41,245 bases of DNA from a virus. The notes under the pieces are model-generated. The model was not told where the DNA came from and made no database searches. It saw only the letters and a list, made by a program, of their open reading frames with translations. Below, piece by piece: positions 7,689 through 16,555 of this stretch. Both the position numbers and the translations under genes were made by a program. Numbering within the stretch: the stretch's first letter is position 1; each line of letters begins with the position of its first letter. The stretch is from UHGV virus genome UHGV-0086138. One strand, written 5' to 3'.

Positions 7689-7987
7689 CAATCACAAAAC
7701 AACGAGTAGAAAAAATCATATATCGCCATGAAATGGGACTGAACAGCGATGTCACCGCCGAAGAGGTTTATGACCTGGCTGTACTGGCGCTGAATTTATC
7801 AAATATCGCAAACCTGAAGCGATACGAGCTTGATATGGATGGTTGTGACTCGTTCGGTCAGGATTGTGGCGCTGACATGACTGAAGATCCTGATGGCGAT
7901 TATGTCCTGTTTGATGACGTGGTTAAGTTGTTTGAGTTTGATACATTCGAAAGCCCAGCAAGGGAGACAACCAGTGAGCAAGATTGA
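7685..7987 (+). CDS. hypothetical protein (N-terminus MTITKQR shared with two downstream genes)
   Basis: 100-aa ORF; acidic C-terminus. Confidence 0.5.
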   Translation: MTITKQRVEKIIYRHEMGLNSDVTAEEVYDLAVLALNLSNIANLKRYELDMDGCDSFGQDCGADMTEDPDGDYVLFDDVVKLFEFDTFESPARETTSEQD

Positions 7988-8372
7988 CTATCAGGCACTG
8001 CGTGAGGCGGCGGAACGTGCAATTCAAGCAATGGAACGCCTGTTAATGTTGCCAGCTGCTGATGATTTGTTAAGTGAACAGGAACTTAAAGATTACGGTG
8101 TGGATATTGATGTGCTCAACGCCTTCAAATTTCTGACCGGACCAGAAACCGTGCTGGCGCTGCTGGATGAACTAGAAGCTAAAAACAAACGCATTACAGA
8201 ACTGGAAGCGAGGGAAGTTCAATTACCGACTCGCTACGACCTTCGATATGGGCACCCAATAAATGCTGATAAGCGACATGTCATGATACCTAAAGAAAAT
8301 GGCAGTTGGCTTTGCCTGATTGACTTAGAACACGCACTACGCGTCGCTGGCATTCGCATCAAAGGAGAGTGA
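7974..8372 (+). CDS. Ead/Ea22-like protein
   Basis: GTG start after GGGAGA RBS; N-terminus SKIDYQALREAAERA typical of Ead/Ea22-like prophage proteins (recalled). Confidence 0.5.
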   Translation: MSKIDYQALREAAERAIQAMERLLMLPAADDLLSEQELKDYGVDIDVLNAFKFLTGPETVLALLDELEAKNKRITELEAREVQLPTRYDLRYGHPINADKRHVMIPKENGSWLCLIDLEHALRVAGIRIKGE

Positions 8373-8373
8373 G

Positions 8374-8781
8374 ATGACCACTATTACCAAAGAGCGACTG
8401 CTGACAATCAAGCAGTGGCGCGAAACATACGGACCGGGTAGCAACGTTGTACTGCCAGCAGAAGAAGCGGAAGAACTGGCACGAATTGCACTGGTATCGC
8501 TGGAAGCAGAGCCGGTGGCAAAGATTATAGCTCATTACCCATTAGGAGTTGACGTAGGCAAACAAAAGTTCGTACAGGCCATTGGAGAGCTTCCTGACTT
8601 TGGCGGATATCTATTTGCCGCCCCGCCAGCGCCGGTAGTGCCGGAAGAAGCAACTCCGGAAAACGTAGAAATGCTCTCTGGCTATGTTTCCACGTACAAA
8701 TTAACCGATAGCGAGCGCGATATTGCTGCCGAAATATGGAACGCCTGCCGCGCCGCTATGCTTCATGGGAAAGGAGAGTGA
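8374..8781 (+). CDS. hypothetical protein (paralogous N-terminus MTTITKER)
   Basis: 135-aa ORF. Confidence 0.5.
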   Translation: MTTITKERLLTIKQWRETYGPGSNVVLPAEEAEELARIALVSLEAEPVAKIIAHYPLGVDVGKQKFVQAIGELPDFGGYLFAAPPAPVVPEEATPENVEMLSGYVSTYKLTDSERDIAAEIWNACRAAMLHGKGE

Positions 8782-8782
8782 T

Positions 8783-9046
8783 ATGGCAACTTTAACAAAA
8801 AAAGAACGGGCATGGTTGAACGAATTACAGGACGTTCTTGATCGCTGCCCATCACCGAAAAAAATTGGTTTTTACACCATTGGCGATAAAAGCATTTACC
8901 TGTATGACCTGCGCCGCATGGATGAAATCATGGAGGCTCTTGATAATCGTTCGTCAATGGATTGGTGTGTTGCTGTCCATGATATGAATGCAGGGTTTGA
9001 TGAAAAGATTTTGTTCCCCTCATCAGTTGAAAGCACTGCGGGTTAA
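8783..9046 (+). CDS. hypothetical protein
   Basis: ATG 8783 with GGAGAG RBS; 87 aa. Confidence 0.5.
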   Translation: MATLTKKERAWLNELQDVLDRCPSPKKIGFYTIGDKSIYLYDLRRMDEIMEALDNRSSMDWCVAVHDMNAGFDEKILFPSSVESTAG

Positions 9047-9056
9047 GGAGTAACAC

Positions 9057-9635
9057 ATGACCACTATTACCAAAGAACGTATTGAATTGTTCATTAAAAA
9101 TCCGCTTGGAAACGGACTTACCCGTGGCGAACAAATGGAACTGGCACGAATTGCACTGGCATCACTGGCAGCAGTATCGGATGAACGAGCAGCCTATGAA
9201 TTATTTATGGAGAAGCGTTTCGGGGAATCTGTAGATCGCCGCAGGGCGAAAAATGGCGATAGAGAATACATGGCATGGGATATGGCGCTTGGCTGGATTA
9301 TCTGGTGTCACCGCGCCGCCATGCTTCAGGCTGGAAACTTTCGGGAAAATAAGGATTCGTCAACCAATAATTTTCGGGAAACCTCGGAAACGTCAACCAA
9401 CTCTCCGGTAACTCCGGATAGTTGGATAAGCTGTAGTGAGCGAATGCCTGAGAAGAATCAGAACGTGCTCATTTCGGTGAATTTCGATAGCTCTCTGGTT
9501 GAACCGCTAATATGCTCCGCACGCTATACCGGAAGCACTTTTCGGCGCGGAGATGCAACGATTAAGTCGGGTAATGGTATTGAGCAAGCAACTCACTGGA
9601 TGCCGCTACCGGAACCGCCGCAGGAGGTGAAATGA
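9057..9635 (+). CDS. DUF551-domain protein
   Basis: 192 aa; C-terminal region with W...PLPEPP pattern typical of DUF551. Confidence 0.55.
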   Translation: MTTITKERIELFIKNPLGNGLTRGEQMELARIALASLAAVSDERAAYELFMEKRFGESVDRRRAKNGDREYMAWDMALGWIIWCHRAAMLQAGNFRENKDSSTNNFRETSETSTNSPVTPDSWISCSERMPEKNQNVLISVNFDSSLVEPLICSARYTGSTFRRGDATIKSGNGIEQATHWMPLPEPPQEVK

Positions 9636-9696
9636 TGCTTGGCCTGAAGTATTTTATGTAATTGGTATTGCTATATTTTTATCTGGGGATAAACGA

Positions 9697-9939
9697 ATGT
9701 TCTCTCTGATTCAACGTGGTCAGATATACACCGATAGCGCTGGCTATCCAGTAAAAATCATTCGTAGTACTGATCACTCAGTATTCTTCAAGAGGATGGA
9801 TGGCTATCCTGGAAGAGTGTGCATCAGAAAATTCAATAATTTATTCGAACACATTGATCACAGAGAATATCACCAGATCCTGGCTGAAACAGAACAGGAG
9901 AACCATCTGAAAAAATTACGTGCCATGCAAAGGAGATAA
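9697..9939 (+). CDS. hypothetical protein
   Basis: 80-aa ORF. Confidence 0.45.
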   Translation: MFSLIQRGQIYTDSAGYPVKIIRSTDHSVFFKRMDGYPGRVCIRKFNNLFEHIDHREYHQILAETEQENHLKKLRAMQRR

Positions 9940-9974
9940 ACCGGTAAAGGTGTTCGCGATAAAGGTAAATATTG

Positions 9975-10313
9975 ATGGCTAAATCAGCAGCAGAGCGCAA
10001 AGCCGCTCAGAGAGCCAGACAAGCTGAATCCGGTGTACGTAAGCTGGAGATTGTGCTTGATGCTCAGGAAATTGAAATGCTGGAGCGGAACTGCGCCGCC
10101 CGGCGCCCTGGTCGAGATCCCTATGAAATGGCCGAGTACATCGCGCTGATGATCCGCCAGGATGATGCCCGGGTGCGCGGGCGTATAAAATCGATCAGCA
10201 GAAAACGTTGCGGTAAGTGCGGCGAGAGAGTTCCAGTTAATTCATGCCCGTGTAATGGTGACTCGCAATGCTGGGTGACTAAAGGCTGGCATGAAACGAA
10301 ATTAATAGTGTGA
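9975..10313 (+). CDS. hypothetical protein with Cys-rich C-terminus
   Basis: ATG 9975 after AAGGT RBS; stop TGA embedded in 14-bp palindrome. Confidence 0.5.
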   Translation: MAKSAAERKAAQRARQAESGVRKLEIVLDAQEIEMLERNCAARRPGRDPYEMAEYIALMIRQDDARVRGRIKSISRKRCGKCGERVPVNSCPCNGDSQCWVTKGWHETKLIV

Positions 10314-10322
10314 CATGTCACG
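10309..10322. repeat. 14-bp palindrome TGTGACATGTCACG (copy 1)
   Basis: perfect palindrome core GTGACATGTCAC; contains stop codon of 9975..10313; upstream of terS. Confidence 0.8.
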
Positions 10323-10395
10323 AGTAGATTATGCATGATGAATTTGATGGGTTTTGAATACTGCCGCCAACTATGGCGGCTTTATTTTGCATGGT

Positions 10396-10424
10396 ACTAT
10401 TACCACAACGGTAACTATTACCAC
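10396..10424 (+). repeat. two 11-bp direct repeats ACTATTACCAC (10396-10406, 10414-10424) just upstream of terS start
   Basis: read directly. Confidence 0.6.
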
Positions 10425-10431
10425 GGTGGTT

Positions 10432-11028
10432 ATGATGCCTGCTGAACCTAAAACCTATAAACGCAAATCAACGCAATTTAAGCCACTAACAGCAATGCAG
10501 GAGGCTTATTGCCAGTCATACATCAAAACGCCTGAAAACCAGACTCAGGCAGCGATTAACGCAGGATTCTCCCCAAATACAGCGGCAGTTAAAGCCAGTG
10601 TCATGATGCGCGATGAACGCATTCAAAAACGGATTGCCGAGCTGATGGAGGAGCGCAACAAACGAATGCGCGTCAGTGCCGATTACGTTCTTATGCGCCT
10701 GGTGGAGATCGACCAGATGGATGTGATCGACATCCTCAACGACGATGGGAGCCTTAAACCAATCCGTGAGTGGCCGAAAATCTGGCGCACTACGCTTAGT
10801 GGCTTTGATCTGTCATCGACCATCATGAACATGAACGAGGATTCGATAGAGACAATCCTCAAAAAAATTAAATGGCCTGACAAGGTGAAGAACCTTGAGC
10901 TGATTGGTAAGCATGTTGATGTCAACGCGTTCAAAGAACGTCTGGATGTTAATGTGAATGTGACAATTGCTGATCGCATAGCAGCAGCCAGGAAGCGACT
11001 CAAAGAACGTCAGGATGGTAATCAGTGA
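10432..11028 (+). CDS. terminase small subunit
   Basis: Precedes large terminase with overlapping stop/start; start placed at ATG 10432 because upstream part of track ORF is low-complexity translation of direct repeats. Confidence 0.65.
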   Translation: MMPAEPKTYKRKSTQFKPLTAMQEAYCQSYIKTPENQTQAAINAGFSPNTAAVKASVMMRDERIQKRIAELMEERNKRMRVSADYVLMRLVEIDQMDVIDILNDDGSLKPIREWPKIWRTTLSGFDLSSTIMNMNEDSIETILKKIKWPDKVKNLELIGKHVDVNAFKERLDVNVNVTIADRIAAARKRLKERQDGNQ

Positions 11029-12500
11029 CAGATGCAGCGTTATCTCCTGAAGAGCAGTTGATCGAGGATATTGCAGGGTTCACTCACGATCCGCTTGGCT
11101 ATGCCCTCTATGCGTTCCCGTGGGGGGAAGAGGGGACTGAACTGGCACATGCTACCGGCCCACGTCAGTGGCAGGCCGATGCGTTCCGAGAGATACGTGA
11201 TCACCTGCAGAATCCCGAGACGCGCTATCAGCCGCTTATGCTGGCACGTGCTTCGGGCCACGGTATTGGTAAATCAGCATTCATCTCAATGTTGATCAAC
11301 TGGGGCATGTCCACTTGCGAGGATTGTAAGGTCGTGGTGACCGCCAACACCGACAACCAGCTACGAACGAAGACCTGGCCGGAAATTATCAAGTGGTCGA
11401 ACCTTGCTATCACGAAAGACTGGTTTACCTGTACCGCTACCGCGATGTACAGCAATGATCCTGGGCACGACAAGCGGTGGCGAGCTGACGCAATCCCCTG
11501 GTCTGAGCACAACACTGAGGCATTCGCCGGACTACACAACGAGCGCAAACGCATCATCGTGGTATTCGATGAAGCGTCGAACATTGCGGATCTGGTGTGG
11601 GAAGTTGCTGAGGGTGCGCTTACGGACGAAGACACTGAGATTATCTGGGTGGCGTTCGGAAACCCTACTCGTAACACCGGGCGTTTCCACGAATGTTTCC
11701 GCAAATATAAACACCGCTGGAAAACTGCGCAGATTGACAGCCGGACGGTGGAAGGCACTAACAAACAGCAGTTGCAGAAATGGGTTGATGACTACGGGGA
11801 AGATAGCGACTTCGTTAAAATCCGTGTGCGCGGCATATTCCCTGATGCATCTGAATTGCAGTTTATCCCTACCGGTCTTACTGATGAGGCAATGAAACGG
11901 GTGGTAACCGCTGCGCAGGTGGCGCATGCTCCGGTGATAATCGGCGTTGACCCGGCATACTCCGGCGTTGATGACGCTGTGATATACCTGCGGCAGGGGC
12001 TGCACAGTAAGGTGCTATGGACTGGTAACAAGACCACCGACGATCTGATTATGGCGAAGCGTATCGCTGACTTTGAAGACCAGTATCAGGCTGACGCGGT
12101 GTTCATCGACTTCGGTTACGGTACCGGTCTGAAGTCAATCGGTGATGGTTGGGGGCGCACATGGCAACTTGTTCCGTTCGGTGGCGCGTCTACTGACCCG
12201 CAGATGCTCAACAAGCGTGGGGAGATGTTCAACTCATGCAAGACATGGCTGAGGCTGGGCGGGATGCTGGATGACCAGGAAACAGCGGACGACCTGTCGG
12301 CGGCAGAGTATAAAGTTCGAGTGGACGGTAAAATCGTTATCGAACCGAAGGAAGATATCAAGGAGCGGCTTGGGCGTTCTCCTGGTAAAGGCGATGCGCT
12401 ACTGCTGACGTTTGCTTTCCCTGTGTCAAAGCGTCTGCGAATTCCCGGGCAGCAGAACCAGCAAGGCAAGGCCATCACAGATTACGATCCCTATGCTTAA
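11025..12500 (+). CDS. terminase large subunit
   Basis: 491 aa; ATPase-like N-terminal and nuclease-like C-terminal regions; position before portal. Confidence 0.85.
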   Translation: MTDAALSPEEQLIEDIAGFTHDPLGYALYAFPWGEEGTELAHATGPRQWQADAFREIRDHLQNPETRYQPLMLARASGHGIGKSAFISMLINWGMSTCEDCKVVVTANTDNQLRTKTWPEIIKWSNLAITKDWFTCTATAMYSNDPGHDKRWRADAIPWSEHNTEAFAGLHNERKRIIVVFDEASNIADLVWEVAEGALTDEDTEIIWVAFGNPTRNTGRFHECFRKYKHRWKTAQIDSRTVEGTNKQQLQKWVDDYGEDSDFVKIRVRGIFPDASELQFIPTGLTDEAMKRVVTAAQVAHAPVIIGVDPAYSGVDDAVIYLRQGLHSKVLWTGNKTTDDLIMAKRIADFEDQYQADAVFIDFGYGTGLKSIGDGWGRTWQLVPFGGASTDPQMLNKRGEMFNSCKTWLRLGGMLDDQETADDLSAAEYKVRVDGKIVIEPKEDIKERLGRSPGKGDALLLTFAFPVSKRLRIPGQQNQQGKAITDYDPYA

Positions 12501-12550
12501 TCCGCTAGTGGGGATAATGTCGTTGATATCCTCTGATGAGGATAAAACAA

Positions 12551-12573
12551 AGCCAGCTCATCGGCTGGCTGTT
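12551..12573. terminator. bidirectional terminator between terL and convergent minus-strand gene
   Basis: hairpin AGCCAGC-TCATCG-GCTGGCT flanked by A-run and T-run. Confidence 0.55.
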
Positions 12574-12587
12574 TGTGACATGTCACG
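12574..12587. repeat. 14-bp palindrome TGTGACATGTCACG (copy 2)
   Basis: identical 14-mer next to bidirectional terminator after terL. Confidence 0.8.
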
Positions 12588-12590
12588 GTG

Positions 12591-12947
12591 TTATTGCTCG
12601 CTTAACTTCTGCTTCAGCAAGTAACCTTCGAGCATCCAGATTTTGTTTACAGCATTCTGCCGGGCAATCTTCCGACCAATTTCTGCATCAAAATTTTCCG
12701 GACTTGCACAGGCACTCTCTCCGGTGACGGTGAAGCCATTCTTCAGTACCAATACGCAGAAAGTCAGGAGGTCTGTAGATTTATGCGCTGTCCATGAATC
12801 GCCAACGCCCATATTGGCAGCACGAATGCCGTCATAAGCAGTAAAGAAATGCTCTTCAAGAATGATGCTTTCGATATATTGAGGCGTAACTCGCGGAGCG
12901 GTTTTGCCTTTCTCAACGATTTCTTTTTCGATTTGCTGGTCGTTCAT
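12591..12947 (-). CDS. small phage protein, possibly Gp49-like family
   Basis: 118 aa on opposite strand to flanking structural genes; segment FCVLVLKNGFTVTGESACASPENFDAEIGRKIARQNA resembles Phage_gp49_66-type proteins (recollection only). Confidence 0.45.
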   Translation of the reverse strand: MNDQQIEKEIVEKGKTAPRVTPQYIESIILEEHFFTAYDGIRAANMGVGDSWTAHKSTDLLTFCVLVLKNGFTVTGESACASPENFDAEIGRKIARQNAVNKIWMLEGYLLKQKLSEQ

Positions 12948-13145
12948 AATCTCACCTTAAAAAAATGCCCGGCGAACCGGGCGAACTGGAAGCAATGAGT
13001 TATGCCTTCCGTGGCTGTACTGGTTTACAGCATGAAGTCATCGCAATGGCGTCCTGCTGTAAAAAGGGCGGTGATAGTCCTTCAAGGGAAACCATCACCG
13101 CCAAGCCCCTGGAACTTCTGGCATCACGGTCCTTAGGCGTGATTC

Positions 13146-13222
13146 TGGCGTGGCATGCAGGATTCGAACCTGCGACCAACCGCTTAGAAGGCGGTTGCTC
13201 TGTCCAACTGAGCTAATGCCAC
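13146..13222 (-). tRNA. tRNA-Arg (anticodon UCU)
   Basis: Cloverleaf read from reverse complement: 7-bp acceptor stem GTGGCAT/ATGCCAC, D-arm GCTC..GAGC, anticodon stem ACCGC/GCGGT with loop CUUCUAA, T-arm GCAGG-TTCGAAT-CCTGC, 3' CCA encoded. Confidence 0.85.
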
Positions 13223-13543
13223 AACGCTGAGAGCACTTAGCCTGTTAAGGCGCCACACTTTGTCGCGGCTCCATAAATGCTCTCATCGTTGTACCCTCGT
13301 CTCTTCCGAGGCGTCACACCGAATCGCCGGGATGGTGAATCCCCGTGCGCGGAATAAAACCGCTCGACTTGCACATTCCGGCTACCTGGTTCGTTTGCCC
13401 GAGCAAGGGAGGGTGCCCCTTAAACGTATCCAGACCGCTATCGGCGCATGTGCCATACGCCGTACTGCTCAAAATAAAAGCTCACTCCACCTGTTCAATT
13501 TAACGACAAGCCAGTCAGGTTAATAACCGGAATGAACCATTTG

Positions 13544-13560
13544 CTTACCTGAAAGGTAAT
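13544..13560. promoter_or_regulatory. operator-like palindrome CTTACCTGAAAGGTAAT upstream of structural operon
   Basis: same motif family, about 90 bp upstream of 13650. Confidence 0.55.
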
Positions 13561-13649
13561 AATTCGTGCGTTAAATGTCAACTGTCTACGATAAATAAAT
13601 CATATGTGGTTAAATTGGTAATAATTTAATTGCGTACGGAGTCATTGAT

Positions 13650-13856
13650 ATGTGCATGGGTAGCTCACCGTCAGTGCCTGCAACACCAGAAGTTCAGGCA
13701 GCACCACAGGAGCAGGATGCCGCCGTTGTTGATGCCCGCGACGAAGAAACTCGTCGCCGTCGCGCTGCTGCTGGTCGTAGTTCTACGCTGCTTACCGGTT
13801 CTCAGGGTGACACATCAACCGCTAATACCAGCGGTAAAACGCTGCTTGGTCAGTAA
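13650..13856 (+). CDS. small low-complexity protein upstream of portal
   Basis: 68 aa; RBS context CGGAGTCATTGATATG nearly identical to that of portal gene. Confidence 0.4.
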   Translation: MCMGSSPSVPATPEVQAAPQEQDAAVVDARDEETRRRRAAAGRSSTLLTGSQGDTSTANTSGKTLLGQ

Positions 13857-13870
13857 CCGGAGTCATTGAA

Positions 13871-15550
13871 ATGGCGGAAACAACTAAAGAGCGATTGAAC
13901 AAACAGTTCGCACAACTTGAAAGCGAGCGTCAGTCGTTCGAGCCGCACTGGCGCGAGTTGAGTGATTACATCAACCCGCGTGGTTCCCGCTTTCTGACTT
14001 CTGAGGTCAACCGTAACGATCGACGCAATACACGCATTATTGATTCGACCGGGACTATGGCGGCGCGCACTCTCGCCAGCGGCATGATGTCAGGCATCAC
14101 AAGCCCCGCGCGTCCGTGGTTTCGCCTGGCTACGCCAGATCCTGAAATGATGGATTATGGCCCTGTTAAGTTGTGGCTTGAGGCGGTGCAGAACCGCATG
14201 AACGATATGTTCAATAAGTCGAATCTCTATCAGTCGCTGCCGCAGTTATACGGAAGCCTCGGCACATACAGCACTGGTGCAATGGCAGTGCTGGAGGATG
14301 ACGAGGACATCATTCGCACAATGCCATTCCCGATAGGCAGTTACTACCTGGCTAACTCACCTCGTGGCAGTGTGGACACCTGTTTTCGCAAGTTCTCTAT
14401 GACTGTTCGTCAGCTTGTTCAGGAGTTCGGGCTAAATAACGTCAGCGAATCCGTAAAAAGCATGTGGGAAAGCGGAACCTACGAGAAGTGGATTGAAGTG
14501 ATGCATTCGGTTTACCCGAACATTGACCGCGATACATCGAAGCTGGATAGCAAGAACAAGCCATTCAAATCGGTTTATTACGAGGTTGGTGGCGATAACG
14601 ACAAGTTGTTGCGTGAGTCCGGATTCGATGAGTTTCCAATTATGGCTCCGCGCTGGGAAGTTAACGGCGAAGATGTTTATGGATCATCATGCCCGGGTAT
14701 GCTGGCGCTTGGACCTGTTAAGGCATTGCAGCTTCTCCAGAAGCGCAAGTCGCAGTTGATTGATAAAGCCACCAATCCGCCGATGGTTGCTCCGACTTCC
14801 CTCAAGAATCAGCGCGCCTCTCTTCTTCCTGGCGACATCACGTATATCGATCAGATTACTGGTCAGGATGGTTTCAGGCCTGCTTATCTGGTTAACCCCA
14901 GTACAGCAGATCTGGTAGCAGACATTCAGGACACCCGCCAAATCATTAACAGCGCCTACTTTGTCGATCTGTTCATGATGTTGCAGAACATCAATACCCG
15001 CTCGATGCCTGTTGAAGCAGTGATCGAAATGAAAGAAGAAAAGCTTCTGATGTTGGGGCCGGTTCTGGAGCGTCTGAACGACGAATGTCTTAACCCTCTC
15101 ATTGACCGCGCTTTCTCGATGATGGTGCGTAAAAACATGCTGCCGCCACCGCCTGACGCGATGGAAGGTATGCCCCTGAAGGTCGAATACATTTCCGTCA
15201 TGGCTCAGGCGCAGAAGTCTATCGGCCTGTCCAGTCTGGCGTCTACGGTCAACTTCATTGGTCAACTTGCGCAAGCGAAACCAGAAGCTCTCGACAAACT
15301 CAACGTTGATCAGGCGATCGATGCATTCGCTGATATGTCCGGAGTGTCTCCAACCGTCATTGTTCCGCAGGAACAGGTTGAGCAGGCTCGCCAGCAACGG
15401 GCACAGCAACAACAGCAGCAACAAATGATGGCGATGGGGATGGCGGCGGCACAGGGGGCCAAGACGCTAAGCGAAGCTAAAACTTCGGATCCGAGTGTGT
15501 TGTCAGCTATGGCGAATGCAGTTAGTGGTCAGGGTGGGCAATCACAATGA
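13871..15550 (+). CDS. portal (head-to-tail connector) protein, podovirus type
   Basis: 559 aa, size and position after terminase; Q-rich C-terminus. Confidence 0.8.
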   Translation: MAETTKERLNKQFAQLESERQSFEPHWRELSDYINPRGSRFLTSEVNRNDRRNTRIIDSTGTMAARTLASGMMSGITSPARPWFRLATPDPEMMDYGPVKLWLEAVQNRMNDMFNKSNLYQSLPQLYGSLGTYSTGAMAVLEDDEDIIRTMPFPIGSYYLANSPRGSVDTCFRKFSMTVRQLVQEFGLNNVSESVKSMWESGTYEKWIEVMHSVYPNIDRDTSKLDSKNKPFKSVYYEVGGDNDKLLRESGFDEFPIMAPRWEVNGEDVYGSSCPGMLALGPVKALQLLQKRKSQLIDKATNPPMVAPTSLKNQRASLLPGDITYIDQITGQDGFRPAYLVNPSTADLVADIQDTRQIINSAYFVDLFMMLQNINTRSMPVEAVIEMKEEKLLMLGPVLERLNDECLNPLIDRAFSMMVRKNMLPPPPDAMEGMPLKVEYISVMAQAQKSIGLSSLASTVNFIGQLAQAKPEALDKLNVDQAIDAFADMSGVSPTVIVPQEQVEQARQQRAQQQQQQQMMAMGMAAAQGAKTLSEAKTSDPSVLSAMANAVSGQGGQSQ

Positions 15551-15843
15551 CAGATTACGAAGACGATCAACTGAAAGAAGAAAACGCCCGTAAGCAACGT
15601 GACATGGCGCAGCGTGAAATTGATGACATTCGCTTTGTCATGAGCAGTGAACAGGGGCGTCGCGTTGTCTGGTCGGTGCTGGAGAAAGGCCGTGTGTTTT
15701 CCGCTATCTCACCGATGGACGCTATGGCAATGGCATTTAATGAGGGGCAACGCAATCTGGCGCTGGAACTGTTTCAGCGCGTTATGGCGCATTGCCCTGA
15801 ACAGTATTTGAAGATGGCCAAAGAGGCCAGTGAACAGGAGTGA
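15547..15843 (+). CDS. hypothetical head-assembly protein
   Basis: 98 aa between portal and scaffold, overlapping stop/start. Confidence 0.45.
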   Translation: MTDYEDDQLKEENARKQRDMAQREIDDIRFVMSSEQGRRVVWSVLEKGRVFSAISPMDAMAMAFNEGQRNLALELFQRVMAHCPEQYLKMAKEASEQE

Positions 15844-15845
15844 TC

Positions 15846-16541
15846 ATGAATTTATTTGAGCGTTTGCTGTATCGCCGTCTTTGCAATGAGCAACCAGTCG
15901 ATGGTGGAGCAGCTCCGGCTGCGTCAGAACCGTCAGCGCCTGCAGGTGATAACCCTGCTCCAGTTGGTGATCCATCACAACAGGAAGGTGATAAGCCACA
16001 ACCTGTTGCTGATGGCGATAAACCTGCTGATGACAAAAAGCCTGAAAACGATAAGCAGGATGAAAAAAAGGACGGCGATAAACCAGAGGGTGCGCCTGAG
16101 AAGTACGAGTTTCAGGCAGCCGAAGGCGTAGAGCTGGATACAGAAGCGTTGAAGGAATTCGAGCCGGTGGCGCGAGAACTTAACCTGACCAACGAGCAAG
16201 CGCAAAAGCTGGTTGATGCTTATCCGAAGATTCTGGCAGGTGTTCAGCAGCGCCAGGCAGAAGCCTGGCAGAAAACAACCGAGCAGTGGGCTGCGGATGT
16301 AAAAGCTGACAAAGAAATCGGTGGCGACAAGTTGATTTCTAACCTTAGCGCCGCACAGCGTGCGCTTGACCAGTTCGGGACACCTGAACTCAAAGAATAT
16401 CTGAACACCACCGGACTGGGTAATCACCCTGATCTGGTCAAAACGTTCGTGAAAATCGGAAAGGCGATGTCTGAAGATGGCATGGTCACCGGTGGTAATG
16501 AAGGCCAGCGTAGTGCGGCCGAAGTGCTCTATGGCAAATAA
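15846..16541 (+). CDS. scaffolding-like protein
   Basis: ATG 15846 after GGAG; acidic, Pro/Ala/Asp/Lys-rich low-complexity N-half; directly upstream of major capsid gene. Confidence 0.5.
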   Translation: MNLFERLLYRRLCNEQPVDGGAAPAASEPSAPAGDNPAPVGDPSQQEGDKPQPVADGDKPADDKKPENDKQDEKKDGDKPEGAPEKYEFQAAEGVELDTEALKEFEPVARELNLTNEQAQKLVDAYPKILAGVQQRQAEAWQKTTEQWAADVKADKEIGGDKLISNLSAAQRALDQFGTPELKEYLNTTGLGNHPDLVKTFVKIGKAMSEDGMVTGGNEGQRSAAEVLYGK

Positions 16542-16555
16542 GAGAGGAAATGACA

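Noticed and set aside
10309-10322. CRP binding site interpretation of TGTGACATGTCACG
   Set aside because: CRP consensus is TGTGA-N6-TCACA; here the half-sites are separated by 4 bp, so canonical CRP binding is unlikely
10354-10431. Extended N-terminus of terminase small subunit from the track start at 10354
   Set aside because: Translation is low-complexity (TITTTVTITTVV) arising from direct DNA repeats; ATG at 10432 has better context
13146-13222. tRNA-Arg as the prophage integration site
   Set aside because: The tRNA is flanked on both sides by phage genes (terminase and portal) and is complete, so it is phage-internal cargo, not an att-disrupted host tRNA
13260-13523. 87-aa plus-strand ORF in the region upstream of the tRNA
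   Set aside because: No RBS, Arg/Ser-rich unlikely product, lies in a GC-rich structured non-coding stretch; treated as non-coding (possible RNA)
14687-15424. 245-aa minus-strand ORF inside the portal gene
   Set aside because: Entirely antisense to the portal coding sequence, His/Arg-rich low-complexity translation typical of shadow frames
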